DNA from: Eledone cirrhosa
Lineage: Eukaryota
Reading direction: 5' to 3'
Length of the DNA: 64,000 nucleotides
Assembly (NCBI GenBank): GCA_964016885.1
Contig: OZ024766.1
Location: 6,262,001 to 6,326,000, forward strand
The notes beneath the pieces were generated by a model. The model did not search any database. It had not been told where the DNA came from and saw only the letters and a list, made by a program, of their open reading frames with translations. The translations under genes and the position numbers were made by a program. Below are positions 46,810 to 59,432 of the stretch, piece by piece. The first letter of the stretch is position 1; every line of letters starts with the position of its first letter.

Positions 46810-49800
46810 TATACACCACTACACCACTACCACTACACCACTACCACTAGATCACCACCACCAAACCAGCCATGACACTCACTCACCACTACCACCACTA
46901 CCACCACTACACCACCACCACACCACCACTACCACTACACCATCACCACACCACCACTACCACTACACCACCACCACCAAACCAGCCATGACACTCACTC
47001 ACCACCACCACCGCACCACCATCACACCACCACCACTACCACTAAACCACCACCACTACACCACCACCACTACACTACCATGCCACTCACCATCCAATCT
47101 ATTCTTCCCAGAAACCCAGTCCCCTTCCACAACTACAACCAACATGTAGACACCACACCACCACCACTACACCACCACCACTACACCACCACCACTACAC
47201 CACCACCACTACACCACCACCACCAGCACCACCACTACACCACCATCAGCACCACCGCTACACCACCACACTACATCACTAAACCACCACACCGCCACCA
47301 CCACTACACCATCACCACCACCACTACACTACCATGCCACTCACCATCCAATCTATTCTTCCCAGAAACCCAGTCCCCTTCCACAACTACAACCAACATG
47401 TAGACACCACACCACCACCACTACACCACCACCACCAGCACCACCACTACACCACCACCAGCACCACCACTACACCACCACACTACATCACTAAACCACC
47501 ACACCGCCACAACCACCACCACCACCACACCACCACCACTACACTACCATGCCACTCACCATCCAATCTATTCTTCCCAGAAACCCAGTCCCCTTCCACA
47601 ACTACAACCAACATGTAGACACCACACCACCACCACTACACCACCACCACCAGCACCACCACTACACTACCACCAGCACCACCACTACACCACCACACTA
47701 CATCACTAAACCACTACACCGCCACAACCACCACCACCACCACACCACCACCACTACACTACCATGCCACTCACCATCCAATCTATTCTTCCCAGAAACC
47801 CAGTCCCCTTCCACAACTACAACCAACATGTAGACACCACACCACCACCACTACACCACCACCACCACCACACCACCACCACCACCACCACTACACCACT
47901 AAACCACCACACCGCCACAACCACCACCACACCACCACCACTACACTACCATGCCACTCACCATCCAATCTATTCTTCCCAGAAACCCAGTCCCCTTCCA
48001 CAACTACAACCAACATGTAGACACCACACCACCACCACTACACCACCACCACCAGCACCACCACTACACTACCACCAGCACCACCACTACACCACCACAC
48101 TACATCACTAAACCACTACACCGCCACAACCACCACCACCACCACACCACCACCACTACACTACCATGCCACTCACCATCCAATCTATTCTTCCCAGAAA
48201 CCCAGTCCCCTTCCACAACTACAACCAACATGTAGACACCACACCACCACCACTACACCACCACCACCACCACACCACCACCACCACCACCACTACACCA
48301 CTAAACCACCACACCGCCACAACCACCACCACACCACCACCACTACACTACCATGCCACTCACCATCCAATCTATTCTTCCCAGAAACCCAGTCCCCTTC
48401 CACAACTACAACCAACATGTAGACACCACACCACCACCACTACACCACCACCACCAGCACCACCACTACACCACCACCACACCACCACCACCACCACCAC
48501 CACCACACCACCACCACTACACCACCACCACTACACCACCACCACTACACCACCACCACCACCACCACACCACCACCACCACCACCACTGCACCACCACT
48601 ACACCACCACACTACATCACTAAACCACCACACCGCCACAACCACCACCACCACCACACCACCACCACTACACTACCATGCCACTCACCATCCAATCTAT
48701 TCTTCCCAGAAACCCAGTCCCCTTCCACAACTACAACCAACATGTAGACACCACACCACCACCACTACACCACCACCACCACCACCACCACTACACCACC
48801 ACCACTACACCACCACCACTACACCACCACACTACATCACACCACCACCACCACCACCACTACACCACCACCACTACACCACCACACTACATCACTAAAC
48901 CACCACACCGCCACAACCACCACCACCACCACACCACCACCACTACACTACCATGCCACTCACCATCCAATCTATTCTTCCCAGAAACCCAGTCCCCTTC
49001 CACAACTACAACCAACATGTAGACACCACACCACCACCACTACACCACCACCACCACCACCACACCACCACCACCACCACACCACTACACCACCACCACC
49101 ACCACCACTACACTACCATTGCCACTAATCCATCCATGCCACTCACCATCCAATCTATTCTTCCCAGAAACCCAGTCCCCTTCCACAACTACAACCAACA
49201 TGTAGACAGTGACCCTGCCGTCTGTGCTGCCATCAGTCGCTACACCACCACCACCACACCACTACACCACCACCACCACCACCACACCACCACCACCACC
49301 ACTACACCACCACCACTACCACTAATCCATCCATGCCACTCACCATCCAATCTATTCTTCCCAGAAACCCAGTCCCCTTCCACAACTACAACCAACATGT
49401 AGACACCACACCACCACCACTACACCACAACCACCACCACCACCACACCACCACCACTACACTACCATGCCACTCACCATCCAATCTATTCTTCCCAGAA
49501 ACCCAGTCCCCTTCACAACTACAACCAACATGTAGACACCACACCACCACCACCAGCACCACCACTACACCACCACACTACATCACTAAACCACCACACC
49601 GCCACAACCACCACCACCACCACACCACCACCACTACACTACCATGCCACTCACCATCCAATCTATTCTTCCCAGAAACCCAGTCCCCTTCCACAACTAC
49701 AACCAACATGTAGACACCACACCACCACCACTACACCACCACCACCACCACCACCACCACCACCACCACCACCACACCACCACTACCACTAATCCATCCA

Positions 49801-50014
49801 TGCCACTCACCATCCAATCTATTCTTCCCAGAAACCCAGTCCCCTTCCACAACTACAACCAACATGTAGACACCACACCACCACCACTACACCACCACCA
49901 CCACCACCACACCACCACCACCACCACACCACTACACCACCACCACCACCACCACTACACTACCATTGCCACTAATCCATCCATGCCACTCACCATCCAA
50001 TCTATTCTTCCCAG
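46810..50014 (+). repeat. CAC/CCA-rich array interleaved with 14 partial copies of the SLC38A9 acceptor plus exon start
   Basis: atgccactcaccatccaatctattcttcccag|aaacccagtcccc...atgtagaca at 47080, 47334, 47549, 47764, 47951, 48166, 48353, 48678, 48953, 49136, 49333, 49467, 49644 and 49800. The complete copy is at 49983. Confidence 0.93.
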
Positions 50015-50159
50015 AAACCCAGTCCCCTTCCACAACTACAACCAACATGTAGACAGTGACCCTGCCGTCTGTGCTGCCATCAGTCGCTACAAATACTACA
50101 AACACATCGAGAAGATCAACGCCACTCAATCGGATCATCCAAGTAGTCCATTGATCTTT
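50015..50159 (+). CDS. SLC38A9: SLC38A9 exon, N-terminal Rag-Ragulator-binding segment
   Basis: ttcttcccag|A ... TTT|gtaagt, phase 2-0. Encodes RNPVPFHNYNQHVDSDPAVCAAISRYKYYKHIEKINATQSDHPSSPLIF, comparable to human KRPF...ASAMNKRIHYYSRL. Confidence 0.85.
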
Positions 50160-50167
50160 GTAAGTAT

Positions 50168-51048
50168 TCCTTCTTTGCCTTCTTCGCCTTCTTTGCCTTC
50201 TTCGTCTTCTTCTTTGCCTTCTCTTTGCCTTCTTCTTTGCCTTCTTCTTCTTTGCCTTCTTCTTCTTTACCTTCTTCTTCTTTGCCTCCTTCTTTGTCTC
50301 CTTCTTTGCCTCCTTCTTTGCCTTCTTCTTTGCCTTCTTCTTCTTTGCCTTCTTCTTCTTTGCCTTCTTCTTCTTTGCCTTCTTCTTCTTCTTTGCCTCC
50401 TTCTTTTCCTTCTTCTTTGCCTCCTTCTTTGCCTTCTTCTTTGCCTTCTTCTTCTTTGCCTTCTTCTTCTTTGCCTCCTTCTTTTCCTTCTTCTTCTTTG
50501 CCTCCTTCTTTTCCTTCTTCTTTGCCTCCTTCTTTGCCTTCTTCTTTGCCTTCTTCTTCTTCTTTGCCTTCTTCTTCTTTGCCTTCTTCTTTGCCTTCTT
50601 CTTCTTTGCCTTCTTCTTCTTTGCCTTCTTCTTCTTCTTTGCCTTCTTCGTCTTTGCCTTCTTTGCCTTCTTCTTTGCCTTCTTCTTTGCCTTCTTCTTT
50701 GCCTTCTTTGCCTTCTTCTTCTTCTTCTTTGCCTTCTTCTTCTTCTTCTTCTTTGCCTTCTTCTTCTTCTTTGCCTTCTTCTTCTTCTTTGCCTTCTTCG
50801 TCTTCTTTGCCTTCTTCGTCTTCTTCTTTGCCTTCTTCTTTGCCTTCTTCGTCTTCTTTGCCTTCTTCGTCTTCTTCTTTGCCTTCTTCTTTGCCTCCTT
50901 CTTTGCCTTCTTCTTCTTCTTCTTTGCCTTCTTCTTCTTCTTTGCCTTCTTCTTCTTTGTCCTTCTTCTTCTTTGTCCTTCTTCTTCTTTGTCCTTCTTC
51001 TTCTTTGTCCTTCTTCTTCTTCATCTTCTTTTTCTTCATCTTCTTCTT
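50168..51048 (+). repeat. (CTT)n/TTTGCC polypyrimidine repeat continuous with the tail of a minus-strand RTE end (51045-51135)
   Basis: Direct inspection. Confidence 0.93.
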
Positions 51049-51207
51049 GAGAGGGTCGAGGGGTCAGAGCCCTCAAGTACTCATCCCAGAAGGTCCTGTC
51101 AGAAGCAATAGTCTGATGCTGACCTTTTGATATTGCCACCAACCTGGAAAAAAAGAGGTTGAAATAAAAAAAAAAAAAAAAATAAAAAGATTAGGGTTCA
51201 CATTACA

Positions 51208-52550
51208 TATTTCTTCTTCTTTGTCACCCACTTATTCCTGAGAGGGTCGTGGGGGGTCAAAGTCCTCAAACACTCCCTCCAGTGGGTCCTGTCAGAAACA
51301 AACGTCTCCAACTGATCTGGTTGGATCCCAAAGAGAGACCAGCCAAGCTCAGGGATGTTATCCAAACATCTTGCTCGGGGTCTACCCCTGGGTCTCCTGT
51401 CGGTTGGGTTTGCCTGTAAAATCTGTCCAGTGATTCTTTCCTGAGACATTCTAACCACATGTCTGTAGTATCAGAGCTGTGATCTCTCAATCCAGAGATT
51501 CTTTCCTGAGACATTCTAACCACATGTCCATAGTATCAGAGCTGTGATCTCTCAATTCAGAGATTCTTTCCTGAGACATTCTAACCACATGTCCATAGTA
51601 TTAGAGCTGTGATCTCTCTATTCAGAGATTCTTTCCTGAGACATTCTAACCACATGTCTGTAGTATCAGAGCTGTGATCTCTCAATTCAGAGATACTTTC
51701 CTGAGACATTCTAACCACATGTCTGTAGTATTAGAGCTGTGATCTCTCTATTCAGAGATTCTTTCCTGAGACATTCTAACCACATGTCTGTAGTATCAGA
51801 GCTGTGATCTCTCAATTCAGAGATTCTTTCCTGAGACATTCTAACCACATGTCTGTCGTATCAGAGCTGTGATCTCTCAATTCAGTGATTCTTTCCTGAG
51901 ACATTCTAACCACATGTCTGTAGTATCAGAGCTGTGATCTCTCAATTCAGAGATTCTATCCTCAGACATTCTAACCACATGTCTGTAGTATCAGAGCTGT
52001 GATCTCTCAATTCAGAGATACTTTCCTGAGACATTCTAACCTCATGTCCATAGTATTAGAGCTGTGATCTCTCTATTCAGAGATTCTTTCCTGAGACATT
52101 CTAACCACATGTCTGTAGTATCAGAGCTGTGATCTCTCAATTCAGAGATACTTTCCTGAGACATTCTAACCTCATGTCCATAGTATTAGAGCTGTGATCT
52201 CTCTATTCAGAGATTCTTTCCTGAGACATTCTAACCACATGTCTGTAGTATCAGAGCTGTGATCTCTCAATTCGGAGATACTTTCCTGAGACATTCTAAC
52301 CTCATGTCCATAGTATTAGAGCTGTGATCTCTCTCTTCAGAGATTCTTTCCTGAGACATTCTAACCACATGTCTGTAGTATCAGAGCTGTGATCTCTCAA
52401 TTCAGAGATTCTATCCTCAGACATTCTAACCACATGTCTGTAGTATCAGAGCTGTGATCTCTCAATTCAGAGATTCTTTCCTGAGACATTTTTGCTCAAG
52501 GTCTACCCCTGGGTCTCCTGCTGGTTCGTTTTGCTCGTAAAATCTGTCCT
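51208..52550 (-). mobile_element. RTE (Expander/Rex3-like) 3' end with a 63-bp coding segment amplified ~17x (51430-52490)
   Basis: HVVRMSQERITGQILQANPTDRRPRGRPRARCLDNI...W; the unit translates as IERSQL*YYRHVVRMSQERISE. Confidence 0.85.
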
Positions 52551-52621
52551 GTTGTTGCTGTTATTGTTGTTGTTGTTGTTTTTATGATTACTGTTGTTGT
52601 TGCTACTGTTTCTATCTGTAG

Positions 52622-52713
52622 ACTATGCCTGACCATGTCGTTCCACCACAGTTCATCACAATTGTCTCAATATCAAACACGGTCGAAGCAAAACAGGGCA
52701 GCCTTGTCACTAT
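52622..52713 (+). CDS. SLC38A9: SLC38A9 exon (PDHVVP motif to start of TM1)
   Basis: tctatctgtag|ACT ... AT|gtaagt, phase 0-2. Encodes TMPDHVVPPQFITIVSISNTVEAKQGSLVTI, versus human APDHVVP...KNTSLVTI. Absent from the ORF track. Confidence 0.93.
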
Positions 52714-52777
52714 GTAAGTAGGGTTTGATAAATACACATATTGTGAAGGTCCTGGGAGTGAGACAGAAGATATAATA

Positions 52778-53628
52778 GAGGCACATGGCTTAGTGGTTAG
52801 AGCATTGGCCTTGCAATCAAAAGGTTGTGAGTTCAATTCTCAGACCGGGTGATGTGTTGTTTCCTTGAGCAAGACACTTTATTTCACATTGCTCCAGTTT
52901 ACTCAGCTGTAGAAATGAGATGATAGGGACTGGGGTCCCTATCATTCCACTGCAAAGTGGTCGTGGAGGTGCCACGGCAAAAAAGCACCCAGCACTCACT
53001 GTAAATGAGGTTGGTGTTAGGAAGGGCATCCAGCTGTAGAAATGAGATGATAGGGACTGGGGTCCCTATCATTCCACTGCAAAGTGGTCGTGGAGGTGCC
53101 ACGGCAAAAAAGCACCCAGCACTCACTGTAAATGAGGTTGGTGTTAGGAAGGGCATCCAGCTGTAGAAATGAGATGATAGGGACTGGGGTCCCTATCATT
53201 CCACTGCAAAGTGGTCGTGGAGGTGCCACGGCAAAAAAGCACCCAGCACTCACTGTAAATGAGGTTGGTGTTAGGAAGGGCATCCAGCTATAGAAATGAG
53301 ATGATAGGGACTGGGGTCCCTATCATTCCACTGCAAAGTGGTCGTGGAGGTGCCACGGCAAAAAAGCACCCAGCACTCACTGTAAATGAGGTTGGTGTTA
53401 GGAAGGGCATCCAGCTGTAGAAATGAGATGATAGGGACTGGGGTCCCTATCATTCCACTGCAAAGTGGTCGTGGAGGTGCCACGGCAAAAAAGCACCCAG
53501 CACTCACTCACTGTAAATGAGGTTGGTGTTAGGAAGGGCATCCCGCTGTAGAAATCAAGCCAGAATCAGTTCCCATCCCACCCTTGCAAGCAGGGAAAAG
53601 CAGACGTAAAATGATGATGATGATGATT
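52778..53628 (+). mobile_element. tRNA-derived SINE (second family) with 5 x 127-bp internal repeat
   Basis: Head, array and RTE-type tail are all visible. Confidence 0.85.
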
Positions 53629-53662
53629 AGATATCAAATGATATATATTATATATAAATATA

Positions 53663-54555
53663 GGGCGGTGGATTGGCAGTATTGGGAGAGGGTCGGACGC
53701 CATGCTTTGATGTATAGAGTTACGGCCCTTGCCATTCTGATTTCAAATCCCGCCGAGGTTAACTTTGCCTTTCATCCTTACGGGGTCGATAAAATAAAGT
53801 ACCAGTAATGCACTGGGGTAATTGCTGGCCTTGTGCCAAAAGTAGAAACAATTACTACGGGGTTGATAAAATAAAGTACCAGTAATGCACTGGGGTAATT
53901 GCTGGCCTTGTGCCAAAAGTAGAAACAATTATTACGGGGTTGATAAAATAAAGTACCAGTAATGTACTGGGGTAATTGCTGGCCTTGTGCCAAAAGTAGA
54001 AACAATTATTACAGGGTTGATAAAATAAAGTACCAGTAATGCACTGGGGTAATTGCTGGCCTTGTGCCAAAAGTAGAAACAATTATTACAGGGTTGATAA
54101 AATAAAGTACCAGTAATGCACTGGGGTAATTGCTGGCCTTGTGCCAAAAGTAGAAACAATTACTACGGGGTTGATAAAATAAAGTACCAGTAATGTACTG
54201 GGGTAATTGCTGGCCTTGTGCCAAAAGTAGAAACAATTATTACGGGGTTGATAAAATAAAGTACCAGTAATGCACTGGGGTAATTGCTGGCCTTGTGCCA
54301 AAAGTAGAAACAATTATTACAGGGTTGATAAAAATAAAGTACCAGTAATACACTGGGGTAATTGCTGGCCTTGTGCCAAAAGTAGAAACAATTATTACGG
54401 GGTTGATAAAATAAAGTACCAGTAATGCACTGGGGTAATTGCTGGCCTTGTGCCCCCAGAAGTAGAAACAATTATTACGGGGTTGATAAAATAAAGTACC
54501 AGTAATGCACTGGGGTAATTGCTGGCCTTGTGCCCCCAGAAGTAGAAACAATTAT
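53663..54555 (+). mobile_element. Nin-type SINE with its 3' half amplified ~10x (77-80 bp)
   Basis: Intact head followed directly by the array. Confidence 0.88.
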
Positions 54556-55246
54556 TTTTTTTCAAATTTTTGTTTGTCAAAATTAGAGTTAGGGTTCTCG
54601 AGGACGAAGGGTCTTTGGCCCCGGGAAATATGGTATATATATATATACATATATATAAATGTATATATATTATATTATTTATCGCATATCAATTAATAGG
54701 CGGTGGATTGGCAGTATCGGCAGAGTCGGACACCCTGTTTTGCCGCATAGAGTTACGGCCCTTTACTGTCTGAGTTTTAAATCCCTGCCTTTCATCCTTA
54801 CAGGGTCGATAAAATAAAGTACCAGTAATGCACTGGGGTAATTGCTGGCTTTGTGCCAAAAGTAGAAACAATTATAATAGTTACGTCCCTTTATATTCTG
54901 AGTTAGAATCCCACCGAGGTTAACTTTGCCTTTCATCCTTACGGGGTCGATAAAATAAAGTACCAGCAACGCACTGGGGTCTATTTAATCGACCCCCCCC
55001 CCCAATTGCTGGCCTTGTGCCTGTACTAGAAACCATTACATATAAATTAATGATTTTATTTATTATATATTATTTACAATTTGTGTGTAGGTAGGTCCCT
55101 CTGGAAATAGGGCTTGGGGTCACTGAGGGTATTATGTGGCCCTGGGATGGGGAAGTGGCCCCAAAGAGTTTCAGAACCTCTGGTCTATCTCGACCATGCG
55201 ACAATGCTCTTCATACACAAACCTTTTACAATCTCTCTCTCTTTAG

Positions 55247-55310
55247 ATTCTCCTTATGGAACACTATGATGGGGACCTCAATACTGAGTATTCCCTGGGC
55301 CCTTAAAATG
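55247..55310 (+). CDS. SLC38A9: SLC38A9 exon (TM1)
   Basis: ctctttag|A ... ATG|gtaagt, phase 2-0. Encodes FSLWNTMMGTSILSIPWALKM, containing the signature WNTMMGTSILSIPW. Confidence 0.97.
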
Positions 55311-55432
55311 GTAAGTTGATCCTTTTTGAAATACAGAAGGGGTGGAAATCTACTCCTTGTTCTTTGTTTTGTAAAATAAAAAAAAAAAAACTGGGCTGGG
55401 CCCTAATTTAACTCTGAAATATGAGACATTAA

Positions 55433-56607
55433 CCCTTTAACATTACTCTATATATACTATTGTATTTTCACAGTAAAGGCTTTACCTCACATAATACCTC
55501 ACATAACATTTACATTACTCTATATATACTATTGTATTTTCACAGTAAAGGCTTTACCTCACATAATATCTCACATAACATTTACATTACTCTGTATATA
55601 CTATTGTATTTTCACAGTAAAGGCTTTACCTCACATAATATCTCACATAACATTTACATTACTCTATATATACTATTGTATTGTCACAGTAAAGGCTTTA
55701 CCTCACATAATACCTCGCATAACATACTATTGTATTTTCACAGTAAAGGCTTTACCTCACATAATACCTCACATAACATTTACATTACTCTATATATACT
55801 ATTGTATTGTCACAGTAAAGGCTTTACCTCACATAATACCTCGCATAACATACTATTGTATTTTCACAGTAAAGGCTTTACCTCACATAATACCTCACAT
55901 AACATTTACATTACTCTATATATACTATTGTATTGTCACAGTAAAGGCTTTACCTCACATAATACCTCACATAACATTTACATTACTCTATATATACTAT
56001 TGTATTTTCACAGTAAAGGCTTTACCTCACATAATATCTCACATAACATTTACATTACTCTATATATACTATTGTATTTTCACAGTAAAGGCTTTACCTC
56101 ACATAATATCTCACATAACATTTACATTACTCTGTATATACTATTGTATTGTCACAGTAAAGACTTTACCTCACATAATATCTCACATAACATTTACATT
56201 ACTCTATATATACTATTGTATTTTCACAGTAAAGGCTTTACCTCACATAATATCTCACATAACATTTACATTACTCTATATATACTATTGTATTTTCACA
56301 GTAAAGGCTTTACCTCACATAATATCTCACATAACATCTACATTACTCTATATATACTATTGTATTTTCACAGTAAAGGCTTTACCTCACATAATATCTC
56401 ACATAACATCTACATTACTCTATATATACTATTGTATTTTCACAGTAAAGGCTTTACCTCACATAATATCTCACATAATATCGAAACTATGAGATTTTGA
56501 TATTATTTATTTTGAGACCAATACCTTAACATCAGTTTGAACGGCCAGTTACAGCCAGTTTCAACAGAGAGAGGTGAGAAAATTCTGGTCGGATACATCC
56601 AGTTTAA
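55433..56607 (+). mobile_element. piggyBac-type MITE copy with ~14-15 72-bp units; right TIR missing
   Basis: TTAA|CCCTTTA at 55429. The post-array sequence is the reverse complement of 43475-43600. Confidence 0.82.
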
Positions 56608-56609
56608 TT

Positions 56610-56770
56610 CATCCTACATGGCTGGAATGAAAACCAGTGTTGCGAAAAACTGAGACATTTTGCCCTCTCAGGGAATCCTGCGCAGTGCACTTTACATCTG
56701 AATTGAGTTCCACTGAAGCCGGTGGAGAAGGAAGTTCAAGTATCTCGGGGTGGAGTTCATGAGTGACTTT
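56610..56770 (+). mobile_element. Degenerate RTE reverse-transcriptase fragment
   Basis: Frameshifted KTE...LSGNPAQCTLHLN*VPLKPVEK/FKYLGVEFMSD (FKYLG motif). Confidence 0.7.
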
Positions 56771-56852
56771 GCCCCTTCTCCCCTTAATGTTGCTGGCCTT
56801 GTTCCTAAAGCAGATATGGGTATAATTGTTGTTGTTGTTGTTGATCTTTCAG

Positions 56853-56946
56853 GCTGGTTTTGCCAATGGTATTGTACTACTTATTGTAATGGCAGCTTTG
56901 ATGTGCTATTCTGCTTACCGAATCATCTCCATCACACAGGGCATGG
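56853..56946 (+). CDS. SLC38A9: SLC38A9 exon (TM2)
   Basis: atctttcag|GCT ... G|gtgagt, phase 0-1. Encodes AGFANGIVLLIVMAALMCYSAYRIISITQGM, versus human [25 protein letters not shown]. Confidence 0.95.
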
Positions 56947-56955
56947 GTGAGTATA

Positions 56956-57003
<48 letters not shown>

Positions 57004-57784
57004 CACTACTACTACTACTACATATAAATTATACATACACAATACTCTATATATACATTCTCTACTCTATATATACATTCTCTACTCTATATATACATTA
57101 TATACTCTATATATACTTCTCTACTCTATATATACATTCTCTACTCTATATATACATTATCTACTCTATATATACATTCTCTACTCTATATATACATTAT
57201 ATATTCTATATATACATTATATACTCTATATATACATTATCTACTCTATATATACATTCTCTACTCTATATATACATTATCTACTCTATATATACATTCT
57301 CTACTCTATATATACATTATATATTCTATATATACATTATATACTCTCTATATACATTATCTACTCTATATATACTTCTCTACTCTATATATACATTATA
57401 TATTCCATATATACATTATCTACTCTATATATACATTATCTACTCTATATATACATTATATACATTATATATTCTATATATTCATTATATATACACTATA
57501 TATACATACTCTATATATACATTATATATATATTATCTACTCTATATATATTATCTACTCTATATATACATTATATATATATTATCTACTCTATATATAC
57601 ATTATATATATATTATCTACTCTATATATACATTATATATACACTATATACTTTATATATTCATTATATATACACCATATATACATACTCTATATGTACA
57701 TTATATATACATTATATATACACTCTATACACACTCTATATACTATATATACATTATATATACATTATATATATATACATTATT

Positions 57785-58434
57785 TTCTTTGAAATTTTTT
57801 ACAGAGCTTCTCCTTGCACAAAACCTACAAAGGCTTTCAAAAATCGATATTGGGGGCCTTTGGAGACATTAAAAAAGTTTCCGTTATTTGTGTGAATTTT
57901 CGTGATTAAGTAAGACAAGAGTTATCTTTAAGTAAGACAAGAGTTATCTTTCGTAATTCGGATTTTAATTTACTGTTTGTACTTGAAACAAAAGGTACGC
58001 TTCCTTGAGACTAACAATATCATTTTGTATATTTCACAACCACCAATTTCTAACAGATTACTAAGTTAAGTTATAGATTTGACATTGTATAATTTATCAT
58101 TTCAAGCTTGATGTTCAGACATTAAGTGATGAAATAACTTCTACAATATTATGCTTTGTACATAATCGTGTCTATTATTCACTTCACTTCTCTATTTAAT
58201 GATGCGCTTTTACTGTTGTCAAAAACATTTATACCTGGACTGGATTTCTGTTGTTACATGGTATAATGGATGACACCGAGCTCACATATTAATTATTTCG
58301 CTGGAATAGTGCCTAAGGTTTTCATGTTTACATAAATTACATTTTTATTCTATGTATTCAAATTTACTTTGCTTAGTTTAATGAGCTACATCGAAAGCTA
58401 CTTGAACTGTCCAAAGGACGGGTACTTTAGCTAG
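57785..58434 (+). mobile_element. Probable non-autonomous Helitron (5' limit uncertain)
   Basis: 3' end ctgtcc-aaa-ggacgg hairpin, then gtactttagCTAG|t at 58434; inserted in AT-rich repeat. Confidence 0.5.
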
Positions 58435-58439
58435 TTTAT

Positions 58440-59345
58440 ATATACATTCTCTATATATACATTATATATAGATACTCTATATATTCATTATATATGCACT
58501 ATACTCTCTATATGTATATATACATTATATATACACTCTATATAATTTATATATACTCTATATATACATTATATATACATACTCTATATATTCATTATAT
58601 ATATGCACTATACTCTCTATATGTATATATACATTATATATACACTCTATATAATTTATATATACACATTATATATACTCTATATATACACTATATATAC
58701 ATTATATATACATACTCTATATATTCATTATATATGCACTATACTCTCTATATGTATATATACATTATATATACACTCTATATAATTTATATATACACAT
58801 TATATATACTCTATATATACACTATATATACATTATATATACATACTCTATATATTCATTATATATGCACTATACTCTCTATATGTATATATACATTATA
58901 TATACACTCTATATAATTTATATATACACATTATATATACTCTATATATACACTATATATACATTATATATACATACTCTATATATTCATTATATATGCA
59001 CTATACTCTCTATATGTATATATACATTATATATACACTCTATATAATTTATATATACACATTATATATACTCTATATATACACTATATATACATTATAT
59101 ATACATACTCTATATATTCATTATATATGCATTATACTCTCTATATGTATATATACATTATATATACACGCTATATAATTTATATATACACATTATATAT
59201 ACTCTCTATATACACTATATATACATTATATATACATACTCTATATATTCATTATATATGCACTATACTCTCTATATATATACATTATATATACACTCTA
59301 TATAATTTATATATACACATTATATATACTCTATATATACACTAT
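58440..59345 (+). repeat. AT-rich 131-bp tandem array (~7 units)
   Basis: Identical ORF starts 131 bp apart. Confidence 0.9.
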
Positions 59346-59432
59346 GTATAATGTTGTCCAAGGGAAAGGTAATGGCTGATACAGCTTGGCACCAGTAATG
59401 TCACAGCATACTCTATATATATACTATATATA

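Noticed and set aside
47075-50050. CRISPR-like appearance (constant ~73-bp block with variable spacers)
   Set aside because: Spacers are CAC microsatellite of 60-250 bp, the constant block is a host intron/exon junction, there are no cas genes, and the context is eukaryotic.
50116-51142. KEEEG-rich and poly-S/L ORFs
   Set aside because: Translations of the CTT repeat downstream of a canonical donor.
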